DNA from: the human T2T-CHM13v2.0 reference genome, Homo sapiens
DNA: 64,000 bases
Reading direction: 5' to 3' (one strand)
Assembly: GCF_009914755.1 (NCBI RefSeq)
Contig: NC_060929.1
The notes under the pieces were generated by a model. It searched no databases. It saw only the letters and a program-made list of their open reading frames with translations, and was not told the origin of the DNA. This document shows positions 17,018-30,361 of the stretch, in pieces. Position numbers and translations under genes: made by a program. The first letter of the stretch is position 1. Every line of letters begins with the position of its first letter.

Positions 17018-18503
17018 GTGTTAAAAGAAAGGTACATCCTATGAGTTCAAATAGTGCCTGCTGTAATCATAGGGAAAAAATCTTCACATTTTTATCTTTA
17101 GCATAGACTGAAATCAAATAAGATAAAATGTTATCAGGTGAGAATAGGGGTTATGCATATCTGCTAATTTATTGCTCTTGAATTTAGGTGTGGAGAAGAA
17201 CTGGTTTCATACTATGTATTTTTTACTTAACCTACTTGGGAGATGTTTAGTTGTTAACTGTCTTGTAACTTTGCCAAGGCTTGAATGGTTAAAAAACTGG
17301 AAACATTCTTCTTTTAAAAAAATTAAAAGTAATAAACATTGGGGTTCATTTTTAAGCTACTTTAAATACCTACTTACCAATTATACAAACTTATTTGAAA
17401 TATGTTAATAATACTAGGAAAAATTACGATGTGAGTGAAGATGTTTATTTGTCATTTGCCATTATTCTAGTTTGGGCTATACTCTGATCTCTTCTGGTTT
17501 AATAGCCTGGTCTCCCGGTAGGAATATATCCAATTATACAGAAACAAAATATGACTCAGGTCATTAAAAGGAGAAGTACTTACAATGGCAAATTTTAGTG
17601 TGCTTGGCATTCTGTTTCAAGTAAAGCTGAAAAATATGCATAAACACAATTTTGTTCTTTATAGGAGCTTTTTTATTATAGTCATTAGGACCTGTAGTTA
17701 TAATCTCCTTAGTCTCAATAGAGTCTGTTTTAAAAATTTTCTCTCGTGCAATTTGTGTGTATATGTTGTCATAACAACTTTAAAATAAATTGTAACAATG
17801 TAAAAGCTTCCTTCTGTTAATTAAAAAACCAGTTTCCTGAAAACATCTCTTCTCTGAAAAAAAAATAGTCACCAAGTATTTGGATTAATTATTCTTTGTT
17901 TCTTTTAAACCTGGGGTAAATCATGCAATAAAAGACAAAAAAAAAGTTTGCACTTTTAATTGTTCCTTTTTATGTTTTTGTTTTTAATTATTTCAAAATA
18001 TTAGAATAATATTTTGTTTACAGCAGGGAAAATAGAACAAATCTTGGAGCAAGAAGTAATTTTTAAATTTCGAACTGAAGTAAGATTTTAGCAGGTGGAG
18101 ATGAGAAAATTGCAGAAAACAGTTTAACACATGGATGATTATGACAAGAGCCGCTATTTACTGATTGCCTACTTTGTCCCAGTATTGCTATTTGGCTTTC
18201 TCATATTATTTTATTATACTTTTTTTTTAGAACAACACTAAAAGTTAGGTGAAATTATCTCCATCTTACAAGTAAGAAAACTGAGTTTATGATGATAAGA
18301 TTACCCAGAGTCACCAATTAAATATTTGAATTGTACATATAAAATACAAATATTTAATCCAGGCCTATCTGACAGCAAAAACAAAGTTATTTTCCAGTGG
18401 GAAACATGAGCTCTTTTGTTACTAGTTTACATTATGGTTATTTTCTATTTTTTTTTGTCAATGGATAGACATTATGCAATAGCGCTATAAAGTTTCACTT
18501 TTA

Positions 18504-18812
<309 letters not shown>

Positions 18813-21800
18813 TAAATAAATCTTTTTAAACATAAAGTGAGTCTATGGTTTTAAAAAATCTAAAAAAGTAAACAGGAGTATAGATAATATGCAAATATAG
18901 CTAAAATTGTCATGATGATACTCAACTCAAGAAGTTTGGGTTATACTTCATATTACACCATTCAAACCCTCCTAGACCCCTTGAAACTCAGCATTTCACA
19001 CTAATTGTAGCTATATTAAAGCCTAAGGTAATGTCTGATCTCAGGGTCCTGAGAATGACACACTTTGCTATCATAGTCAACTTCCCTCCAACTGGCTCTC
19101 CTTGACAGAAGAAAAGTATTAGAAAAACTTCAAGTTTTTTCAAGTATTTTGAAAATTAAATAATTGTTTGTGATGCTACTGCAGATTTCCAGAGTTCAGA
19201 TTTCATTCTATCATTTGGAATTTCGGTGAACTCTGAAATTTTATGCATTTTTTTGGAGTTCAGCATTCGGAGAAGAAACCTGTATTATTCTGTATCTTAA
19301 CAGTGTTCCAAAATCATGGCATCAACAGAAATTGTGAGATTTCATCATGGGACTTCTTCATGAGAAGTCCAAGAAAGAGTAGCTTTATGAGAAGAAAGCT
19401 ATGAACTTTCTTGATATTGAGTATGATACTGCAATACTAACCTTTATGCACCACTTAGGATCAAGTGTTAGAATGCATATCAAATCTATTCAAAAATAAA
19501 AAACTTCAGGTCTTCCTAGGGCTATGCAATTTCTAGTATAGTTTATTTTCTTTTTAACAAAATGCAAAAACTGATAGGGCTTTTCATGGCCCACTGGGGA
19601 AACACATACTCTGTGGCTCTGAATGCCACCAGCGTGAGGAAACTTCTAAAACCTAAAGCAAAGTGGCTCTGCATATCAAGTTGTCCATAACAGGTCAAGA
19701 ATGGCCTATTGAGGTCCCTCAGCCTGCATATTGGTACCTGAATATCACCTGAAGTTGTTCCTTACTCACAAATTGCTCTGAGATGTCAATAATTCCATTT
19801 TATATTACATGCTTAAATTATGAGTCTAGGATCTTAGATTGTTTAAAAAGAACCCTACTAATCCCAAATAAATATCATAAATGAAAATAAAAGTTTCATA
19901 TTTCACTCATTTTCTTTTTCTCTCTCTTTCTATTTTTCCCTCCTTTCTCTCTTTCTCAAGCACTCACAGACACACACTCCTGAACAAGTATCTTCTAATG
20001 TCCAAAACCGGAAATCTGATCCATGGGTGACTACAGTTCAAACAGCTCATTTTCTACAGGTTAAATACTTGACACCATTTAGTAAACTGCTACATCAAAT
20101 ATTTTAATGGTATCTTCAGATTCAAAGAGGCAATAACATGACAAAGTATGTTATTTTTTCCACAGACTCAACGAATACTGCTGTAAGTCCTTATCTAATG
20201 GCTGAACTATATAAATATGACATCCTTTAGGCTAACCTGATTGTTTAAAGCACATGAGTTTCTGAATCCTCTAAAAAATTCAGAAGAAACTAGATCATGT
20301 AATCTAGGAAAGTAAAATAATTTTCAGTCTCTAAGTGACTGTTTTGTAATAACTTAGAAAAAGTTCAATTAGGGTCTTAAATAAATTAGATAATCTTTCT
20401 GTCTTGCTTGCCTTACCATTTTGCGACAAGTCTTCAGCAATTAAATTTGAATAAAAGTTGGAGATCAACACGTTATTGATATTTAGTGGAGAGTTAAAGA
20501 TTTTCTTTAATTTAAAACTAAATTTGTTCTTTATTATATTAATATGAAAAATTTGTCATAATTTTTGTTTTTACAGATTCACAGTTTTTATAAAATATTT
20601 GAATTATCCTGGAATGTAATATAAATGTAACATTGCCTCATGATTTCTGGGAACTTACCACATTAAATCTCAATTCAGTACATAAAATTTATTTTTTTAT
20701 AATCTCTGAAAAATTTCTAGCAAAATTACTAATTTAATTGATCTGATAGAATGCACCCATATGTTTATTAAAGCAAGAATAACAAGACATGGAATGTAAA
20801 TTGCAGTTAAGACTGTCAACATATTTTTTGAATTTATTTTAAAATAATTTCAAGCAACATAAAATTTGTAAAATTTTTTCAAAAATTGTTAAACTATTTG
20901 AGTGTAAATTTTTCATATGATACTCCTCTTCCCCAAGTACATTAGTATATGTTCCATACCAATGAAGACAATCATCTACATAATCCAATGTGAAAACAGA
21001 AAAAAAGGAAATTAACATTTATACACTACTGAGGTTGTTGTCTTTACTTTGCATTCTAACAGGAGTCTCAGAATTTAAACTTACTGATTATTGACAATGT
21101 TCACTTTGATCACTTGATTAAGGTAGTGTTTGCCAGGCTTCTTGTCTAAAAAGTCATCCTTTCTTCCCTTGGATGAATAAGTTTTTGTAGGAAGTTATTT
21201 TAAAACAATGTAAAAGTCACATTGCTTTTTTGTACATAAATTTTATTGTGTATATTTAAGGCATATGATATCATATTATACATATAGATAGTAAAAAGAT
21301 TACTATAGTTAAGCAAATTAACACATCCATCATCTCACATAGTTACTCATTTCTTTTCATTTTTGTTTTTGTGACAAGAGCATCAAAATCTACTCATTAA
21401 GCATGCATCCCATATTCAGTACAATTTTATTACTGAATATGGCCCTCTATAGAACTCATGTTGTACATTTGATCTCTAGACTTGTTCATCTCACATATCT
21501 GCTACTTTGTATCCTCTAACCAACATCTCCCCATTTGCTCCCCACCACTCCTGGTAACTAACATTTTGTTCTTTATGTCTGTATATTTAACTTGCTTTTG
21601 TTAGATTCCACATGTAAGTGAGCAAATGCAATACTTCCTTTCCATGTCTGACTAATTTCACTTATTGCTCTGTTTGTCTTTCACCACACTGTCTTGATTA
21701 CTGCAGCTTTATAGTAAGTCTTGAAGTCGGGTAGTGAATGTCAGTCCTCCAACTTCATTATTCTCTTTCGAAATCAGCTTACTATTCTGGGTTTCTGCCT

Positions 21801-22353
21801 CTCCATGTAAATTTTTAGAGTCAGTTTGCCAGATCCACAAAAGAATTTGCCGGGCTATTGACTGGAATTCCATTGAATCTATAGATCAAGTTGGGAAGTG
21901 ACATCTTGACAATATTATCTTGTATCTCTTGTATCCATGTATATTGAACACCTCCCCCATTTATTTATTTCTTCTTTGTTTGTCAAAGTTTTGTGGTTTT
22001 CTGCATAGAAATCTTGTATGCATCGTATTAAATTTATACCTAAGAATTTCAGTTTTGGGAGTGCTGATGTAAATGGAATTGTGGTTTCAGTTTAAAATTC
22101 CACTTGTTTATTGCTGGTATATAAGAAATCAGTTGACTTGTATGTTAACATTGTATCCTGGAACCTTGTTGTAATCACTTATTAGTTCTAAAATTTTTAA
22201 ATGTCAGTTCTTTTGGATTTTCTACATAGATGATCATGTCATCTGCAGAGACATTTTTATTTACTCCTTTCTACTCTGTATTCATTTTATTCCCATCTCT
22301 GATCTTATTGTATTAACTAAGACTTCCAGTATAATGTTAAAAAGGGATGATGA

Positions 22354-22745
22354 CCACAGAATACTACTTAGACATGAGAAGGAATGAAATGATGTCTTTT
22401 GCAACAATTTAGATTAAGCTGGAGACCATTACTCTAAGTGATGTAACTCAAAAATGGAAAATCAAATGTTGTATGTTCTCACTTATAAGTGGGAGCTAAG
22501 CTATGAGGATGCAAAGGCATAAGAATGATATAATAAACTTTGGTGACTGATGGGGGAAGGTTGGGAAGAGGAGGGATAAAAGACTACATATCAGGTACAA
22601 GGTACACTGCTTGGATGACAGGTGCATTAAAATTTCAGAAATCACCAACAAAGAATACATCCATGTAACCAAAAACTCTCTGTACCCCCCAAAACTATTG
22701 AACTAAAAATAATTTTTAAACAAAAATTTAAAAATAAAAAATAAA
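22354..22745 (+). mobile_element. L1MA-type 3' end inserted in the older antisense L1M
   Basis: ATGTTCTCACTTATAAGTGGGAGCTAAGCTATGAGGATGCAAAGGCATAAGAATGAT followed by an A-rich tail. Confidence 0.8.
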
Positions 22746-25700
22746 AGGCAATGAGTGGAGACATTTTTGCCTTGTTCCTGATCTTCAAATTTTAAATTTC
22801 TCACCATTGTGATATTAGTATAACTTTTCCTTTAGATATTCTTTATCAAGCTGATTAAATTCTCCTTTATTCATAGTTTACTGAGAGTTGTTATTATGAA
22901 TGTGTTGAATTTGGTCAAATGCTTCTATGCATCTATTGATATGATCATGCATTTTTTTTCTTTTTTAGCCTGTTGATGTGATAGATTATATTAATTAGTT
23001 TTTGAATGTTGAACCAGCCTTGCATACCTAGAATAAATCCCACTTGGTCATGGTGTATAATTCTTTTTATAAACTGTTGGATTCTATTTGCTAATATTTT
23101 GAATGATTTTTGTATTTATATGAAGAAGTAATAAGGGTCTAAAGTTTTCTCATGTCTCTGCCTGATATTACAATAATCCTGGCCTCACACAATGAGTTAG
23201 GAAATATTCCCTTTGTTTCTAACTTTTGAAAGTGACTGTAGAGAATGGAAATAATTTTTTTATTAAATGTTTACTAGAATTTGACAATGAACACATCTGG
23301 GCCTGATTCCTGCTGTTTTTGAAGGTTATTAATTATTTATTCAATTTCTTTAATAGACATAGGCCTGATAAGATTGTTTCTTCTTGTATGAGTTTGGCAA
23401 ATAGTGTCTTCCAAGGAATTGGTATATTTCATCTAGGTTATCAAATCTGTGGTCATAAAGTCATTCATAGTGTTTCTTAATTATCCATTTAATACCCATA
23501 GGATCTATGATGGCTCTTTCTGATTCTGATGTTAGTAATTTATGTCATCTGTTTTTCTTAGTTTCTCTAGCTAAACCCTTACCAATTTTATTAATCTTTT
23601 TCAAATACTCAAATTTGGGGTTCGTTGATTTTTGTCTATTTTCTATTTTCAATTTTATTGATTTCTATTCTAATATCTATTCTTTTTTCTGCTTATTTTG
23701 TATTTAATTTACTCTTGTTTTCTAGTTCCCTAAGGTAGAAATTTATATCATTGACTTTAGATGTTTCTTTTCTAATACCCTCTTTTCTAATGTATATTAT
23801 AGGTTTTAGGTAATTTCCTCTTTTCTAATTTCCTCTTTTAGATATTTTTTCTCTTTTCTTCTTTTTCTAATATTTCTGTGTTTCAATGCTATCAATTTCC
23901 TTGTAAACACTGCTTTTGCTGCAATCCACAAATTTTGATATGTAGTGTTTTCGTTTACATTTAGTTTGAAATAGCTATTGATTTCTCTTTAGATTTGTTC
24001 TTTGAACTAAGTGTTATTTGGAAGTGTTATTTAATTTCCATGTATTTTGAAATTTTGTATTTTTCTCTCTGTTATGGATTTCTAATTTAATTCCATTGTG
24101 ATCTGAGAACAGACATTCTATGATCTCTTTATTTTCAACTTAACTTGACTTGACTTTTAATTTTTGGAGGTATGTTTTATGTCCCAGAATATGGTCTATC
24201 CTGAGGAACGTTTTATGTGAGCTTGAGAAAAAATGCGTATTCTGCTGTTGTTAGATGGAGTAGTCTATGGATATTGATTTTATCTAGTTGATTGATGGTG
24301 TTATAGAGTTCAACTATATCCTTACTGATTTTCTGCCTGCTTAATCTGTCCATTTCTGATAGAGGGTATTGTCTCCAACAATAACAGTGAATTCATCTAT
24401 TTCTCCATGCAGTTCTATTAGCATTTGCCTCATATAGTTTGATGCTGTATTGTTAGGTGCATACACATTAAGACTTGTTACGTCTCTTGGAGGATTGTCT
24501 CCTTTACTGTTTTGTAATGCTCTTCTTTATAACTTTCCCTGTTTTGAAGTCTTCGCTGCCTGAAATTAACACAGCTACTTCTGCTGTCTTTTGATAAGTG
24601 TTAGCATGGTATATTTTTCTTTATCCACTTATTTTTAATATATATGTGTCTATGTTTAAAGTGGGTTTCTGGTAAAGAACGTATAGTTGGGTTCTGTTTC
24701 TGAGGAGGACGTAGGTGTAATTCTTATCTTTGTTCCTGTGTAGGTAAAGTATTTACCTGTTCCACCACCCCCTGCTTTTTCAGAACTTTTCTTTTTCTTT
24801 GATTTCCTGTAGTTTGAAATAATATGCCTAGGTGTAGATTTTCTGGCATTTATCCTGCTTGGTGATCTTGGAACTTCCTGGATCTGAGGTTTTGTGTTTG
24901 GCATTAATTTGGAAAAATTCTCGGTCACTATCATTTCACCTATTTCTTTTGTTCCTTTTTCTCTTTTCTCTCATAAGCATGTTACACCTTTTGTAGTTGT
25001 ACCACAGTCCTTGAATATTCTGTTCTGGTTTTCCCAGTCTTTGTTCTCTTCACTTCTCAGTTTTTGAAGTTTATATTGATATATTCTCAAGCTCAGAGAT
25101 CTTTCCTCAGCTGTGTCCAGTGTATTAATAAGCCTGCCAAAGGTATTCTTCATTTCTGTTAGTGTTTTGATCTCTAGTATTTATTCTTGATTTTTTCTTC
25201 GAATTTCTATTACTCTGCTTACATTGTGCATCTACTCTTGCATGCTGTCTCCTTTATCCATTAGAGCCCTTGGCGTATCTATCAATCATAGCTGTGTTAA
25301 GTTCCCAGTCTGATAATTCCAACACCCAGACATAGCTGGTTCTGATTGCTCTGTCTCTTCAACTTATGCTTTTTGCCTTTTGGTATACAACGTAATTCTT
25401 TTTTGATAGCCCTACATGATATACTGGGTAAAAGGGATTACTCAAAATAGGATTTTAGTAATATGATGGGGTAAGGTATCAGGGAAGGGGAAGCATTCTA
25501 TAATTAGGTCTCAGTCTTTTAGTGAGACTATGCCCCTGGACTGTGAACTTTGCAAGTGTTTCTCAGTTTTTTTTCTCTCCCATTTAGGTGAAACAGCATG
25601 GCAAGATGGGCTGGAGTTGGATATTTCCCACATGGAAGCTACCTGGAGTTGGGTATTTCATTTCAGTTTCCCAGATCAGCTAAACTCTGATAATACCTCA

Positions 25701-25770
25701 GCCAGTTACGCCCTGGTTAACTACTTGCTCCTGAGGACAGCCCTTGTTAAGAACAGAGTGCTCTGGTGTA

Positions 25771-25810
<40 letters not shown>

Positions 25811-26124
25811 ATATATATATATATATTATATATTAAACGGAGTTTAGCTCTTGTTGCCCAGGCTGGAGTGCAATAGCACGATCTTGGCTCACCACAACAT
25901 CCGCCCCTCAGGTTCAAGCGATTCTCCTGCCTCAGGCTCGTGAGTAGCTGGGATTACAGGCATGTGCCACCACTCCCGGCTAATTTTCTATTTTTAGTAG
26001 AGATGAGGTTTCTCCACGTTGATCAGGCTGGTCTCGAACTCCTGACCTCAGGTGACTCAGGTGATCCTCCTGCCTCACCCGCCCAAAGTGCTGGGATTAC
26101 ACACATGAGCCACAGTGCCGGACC
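25771..26124 (-). mobile_element. AluS (Sq/Sp-like) whose tail is now a (TG)n(TA)n microsatellite
   Basis: TSD CTCTGGTGTA at 25761-25770 and 26127-26136 brackets microsatellite plus Alu; internal 9-bp duplication CTCAGGTGA. Confidence 0.88.
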
Positions 26125-28171
26125 CACTCTGGTGTATTTTTAAATGGCTCCTTTTCTTCCCCTGCTGCTGGAACCTGGTCAAGCTCCTGAAGGTAAATCT
26201 CACAGTATTATGGAAGCATCCCATGACTGGGTGTGCTGGAGTTTTTAACTCTTGAGTTGTCGGCACTGAGCTTCCAGCAATTCATCAATTACAGTTCAGG
26301 TTTTTCTACGTACCACTGGTTCCTGCAGTGGTTTCCCACTTGTGAGCCTCTGGTAAGCCATGACTCCCTGTATTTGCCTATCTATCTCTCCAATGTTGGG
26401 GAAGCTTTTCTCCATGTCCTCCCTCTATCTTAGGGGTCCAAGAAAAACTGTTGATTTTTCAAACTGTTTAGCTTTTTACTTGTCCTTAGGACAAAGTGGT
26501 GACTTCCCAGCTACTTACATATAAAACTGGAAACTGGAAGTAAAAATCTATCTTTATAGAAAACTACAAAATTCTCTGCCTTCTAAACTGTATAGCCACA
26601 AAACGGCTATACCATTTTTGCATTTCCAGAAGCAATGGATTACAGTTCTTTTTGTTCTGCATCTTAGCAACACCCACTATTGTCAGATTGTTGTTGTTGT
26701 TCTTGTTGGTATGTAAGTAACTGTGTAGTGGTATCTCACAGCTATTTTAATTTGAATTTCTCTAATGATAAATAGTGTTGAGCATCTTTTAAATTTCATG
26801 TTTGGCATACATATATCTTCTATGAAACATGTGTTCAAATTGTTTGACTATTTTCAATTGTTTTATTTTCTGAATATTGAGTTTTAAGTGTTCTTCATAT
26901 ATTCTGATTATAAGTCTTTTATCAGAGTTGATTTGCAAATATTTTCACAGTTTGTCACATTAACAAACTATTTCTATTGTTCGCCACTTCATTCTCCTAA
27001 CAGTGTCTTTTTTAGATCAAAAAAATTTTCATTTTGACAAAGTCCAATTTACCTTTTTTCTCTCTCAAGGATAACATATTTTGGTTTTGTGTTAGTTGTG
27101 CCCTGGGGGCCACAAGGCTTGCTGCTGTTCTCTTGGAGGCTAAAGGCTTCAATTTCACAAAGGATGGGAATTCTTTAAAGCCTTTTTCACAGTATTGGCT
27201 TCTCCTCTTTCAGGTCTACACCACAGGAGGATGATTTTCCCACTTTCAGCATTTCTTGTGAGTAGCCATTGGATTTTCATGGAGAAGAGCCAGAGAGTAA
27301 GTGCAAATTCCCCATTTGTCTGTGGTTTGGCAGCCCAGGGGTATCCTCTCACTGTAGCCCACACTCAGCCTTTATCAATTTGGTACACTGTTTAACTGGA
27401 TCCCTCATGCCAGTACAGTGCCCCAGATCCTATCCTCCCATCTCTGCACAGTTGAGACTATTTTTGGAGCCTTATACCCTTGCAAGGACTTGCTTTTCTA
27501 TTAGACATCAGATAACTTGTCCTGTAACTTCACCTCTCAGGTGTGTACAAAAAAGTTATAATTTTTAAGTTTATTTAGCTTGTTCTTGTGTTTGGTTGAG
27601 AGTGACGGACTTTTTCCAGTTTTCTATGTCCCAGGCAGAAGCAGATATCTGAATAATCTTTTAAATTATTTGTGAAATAAAGGCTTAGTAATAGTAAATT
27701 CCTCAAATAATTAACCAAATTTGCTATGTGTGTGTTTGTGTGTGTGCATGCATATACAGGAAAGTGAAAAAAGGCACATTTCCATTTTATTTCAATAAGT
27801 TACAAAGAGGTTAATGATGATTTTCAAAAACTCTAAAGTGTGACACAATTTATTAGGCTAATTTCATAGTTGATTTATACACTGGCATTTTTTATTAGAT
27901 GCCAGTGAGCATAATGAGATATAAAATTACAGGACTGCATGAAGCTTGTAAAGAGGACAGGAATATATATCAAATGTAAGTTACTGTTCAAGAAAATTGC
28001 TGATTACCTGTCCTTTACCCTGGGTTATTAAATATCAATGTTTTCAAGCATAAACTGAGGAAAAGATAGTCTAGGGATTCCATCTCTTTTATATTAAAGG
28101 TAGTTTTATTATATATGCTAAATGCACAAATATCAGTACTTTATGTATTTTCCTCTTCAAATAGTTGTCTT

Positions 28172-28381
28172 TGGTATATTGCCTGACAGCATAACTTTTA
28201 CAGATTTGCCCAAGCCAACTACTGAAAGAAATAATGTCTCCTTCCAAAAACATTTTTTTAAAAGATTTAAAATGCTTAAGAAATGAAAAAGAACCACCAA
28301 AACCATGCTGTTATCTTCACTAAAAATGCAAGCCAGTTGGTACCATCAACAAAGCATTGGCTATGGATGGTAGACCAGCAA
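28172..28381 (+). repeat. Copy 1 of a ~200-bp dispersed direct duplication
   Basis: TGGTATATTGCCTGACAGCATAACTTTTACAGATTTG...AAAAATGCAAGCCAGTTGGTACCATCAA...AGACCAGCAA recurs at 37385-37586. Confidence 0.9.
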
Positions 28382-29152
28382 CATGAGTATAACCTACTGA
28401 AGTGCCAATCAGAAAACCTGCTGAGAAAGTGAAAGATTAAACTGTCAGAATAGAGGGAAGGAGAAAGATGAAGAGTAGTGTGAGCATACAACATGGAAAG
28501 GCATACTAATGGCTTCTTGAATCATTCATTACTCCAATGAGTGGGATTCAAGCCACGTTTCGACTGCGAGTTGGTGTAATACATTCCTTTAGTTAAAATA
28601 ATTTTTTAATCAGGTCTATTCTGGGAGCTTAAAAATCTCCATCATAAACTTCTCCAGATTTTGTAAAAAATGCTCAGCTTGAATCATCAGAGAAAAATGA
28701 GCATCCTGCCTAGTCACCAAGAAATTAAACTTGAAATGGTGTAAGCAGCTTGGGAAGTAATTTGACTGATTCGGATTTTGTAGCAATTTATCCAGAATGA
28801 CGTAGATCCATGCCTAAAACTCACCAAGGTGATAAAGCTAAATAGGATTTCATGTTTAACTCTCTTAAATTACACATACAGCATTCATAAAATGTACCCT
28901 TTCTTGTTGGTTTGTTCTTCCACTTTAGTTCCTATCAATCCTATGGTGGTGGTGTTTCTCTCTCTCTCCCCTCTCCCCCACTCTTTATAAGAATAGAACT
29001 TCCCCATGACTTAAAAAAACTCCTCATTTGACCTAATTCTATTATCTTTTCCAAAACTTCCCCATACTTCAAACCCTCTTTACATCTGTGAGTAAATGCA
29101 TCATTAGCACCTGAATTAACCCTTCCCTCCCAGATGCGTATAGACTCTCCTT

Positions 29153-29240
29153 TCCCATCCAACTACTAACCAGGCCCAACCCTACTTAACTTCTGAGATC
29201 AGACAGGATCTGGGGCATTCAGGGTGGTATAGCCGTAGAC
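29153..29240 (-). pseudogene. RNA5SP: 5S rRNA retropseudogene, nt 1-88, 3'-truncated and tailless
   Basis: Minus strand GTCTACGGCTATACCACCCTGAATG...GGCCTGGTTAGTAGTTGGATGGGA is colinear with human 5S. 15-bp direct repeat TAGACTCTCCTTTCC at 29141-29155 and 29236-29250. Confidence 0.93.
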
Positions 29241-29455
29241 TCTCCTTTCCGTTGCTGTCTTCTTTAGTTGTTCTTCCTTTTTAAAACTAAAACTTCACTT
29301 CTTTATTTCTTTATATTCAATTTCTTACATTATCAATTGTTTGCATTTTTATTCAAAGATGCTGATGTTTGAAACTGGAATGAAGTGTTACCTGTCTCAT
29401 TGCTGGGTCAGTCTTAATGGAAACTTCCTTAGAAGTTATAGAAATAAGTACCAGA

Positions 29456-30361
29456 GAGGGAGGAGCCAAGATGGCCGAATAGGAACAGCTCCGGTCTACA
29501 GCTCCCAGCGTGAGCGACGCAGAAGACAGGTGATTTCTGCATTTCCATCTGAGGTACCGGGTTCATCTCACTAGGGAGTGCCAGACAGTGGGCGCAGGCC
29601 AGTGTGTGTGCGCACCGTGCGCGAGCCGAAGCAGGGCGAGGCATTGCCTCACCTGGGAAGCGCAAGGGGTCAGGGAGTTCCCTTTCCGAGTCAAAGAAAG
29701 GGGTGATGGACGCACCTGGAAAATCGGGTCACTCCCACCCGAATATTGCGCTTTTCAGACCGGCTTAAGAAATGGCGCACCACGAGACTATATCCCACAC
29801 CTGGCTCAGAGGGTCCTACGCCCACGGAATCTCGCTGATTGCTAGCACAGCAGTCTGAGATCAAACTGCAAGGCGGCAACGAGGCTGGGGGAGGGGCGCC
29901 CGCCATTGCCCAGGCTTGATTAGGTAAACAAAGCAGCCGGGAAGCTCCAACTGGGTGGAGCCCACCACAGCTCAAGGAGGCCTGCCTGCCTCTGTAGGCT
30001 CCACCTCTGGGGGCAGGGCACAGACAAACAAAAAGACAGCAGTAACCTCTGCAGACTTAAGTGTCCCTGTCCGACAGCTTTGAAGAGAGCAGTGGTTCTC
30101 CCAGCACGCAGCTGGAGATCTGAGAATGGGCAGACTGCCTCCTCAAGTGGGTCCCTGACCCCTGACCCCCGAGCAGCCTAACTGGGAGGCACCCCCCAGC
30201 AGGGGCACACTGACACCTCACACGGCAGGGTATTCCAACAGACCTGCAGCTGAGGGTCCTGTCTGTTAGAAGGAAAACTAACAACCAGAAAGGACATCTA
30301 CACCGAAAAACCATCTGTACATCACCATCATCAAAGACCAAAAGTAGATAAAACCACAAAG
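29456..30361 (+). promoter_or_regulatory. L1 5'UTR internal sense and antisense Pol II promoter (CpG-rich) with intact YY1 site
   Basis: AAGATGGCC at 29468-29476 and high CpG density in the first ~500 bp. Confidence 0.9.
29691..29906 (-). CDS. ORF0: LINE-1 ORF0, primate antisense ORF (71 aa)
   Basis: MAGAPPPASLPPCSLISDCCASNQRDSV...HPFL lies inside the track ORF 29691..29975; its ATG is the CAT at 29904-29906. Confidence 0.9.
   Translation of the reverse strand: MAGAPPPASLPPCSLISDCCASNQRDSVGVGPSEPGVGYSLVVRHFLSRSEKRNIRVGVTRFSRCVHHPFL

Larger units (their letters stand above)
20820..27660 (-). mobile_element. Cluster of nested, degraded old L1M elements (mostly antisense; 3'UTR, ORF2, ORF1 and 5' pieces)
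   Basis: Antisense ORF2-like sequence ~21670-24690, ORF1-like peptides 24656..24934 and 24971..25153, L1MA-like 3' end ~21230-21665. Confidence 0.7.

Noticed and set aside
19185-19370. Two small inverted repeats (CAGAGTTCA/TGAACTCTG; GGACTTCT/AGAAGTCC)
   Set aside because: Stems of 8-12 bp are expected by chance in 64 kb of AT-rich DNA; no TSD or TIR family recognised.
24656-24934. ORF fusing ORF1-like and ORF2-like L1 peptide
   Set aside because: Internal deletion in a decayed L1M; no splice-consistent junction or intact frame.
29429-30359. Other 5'UTR ORFs (78, 85 and 100 aa)
   Set aside because: Incidental frames of the L1 5'UTR; only ORF0 has established support.
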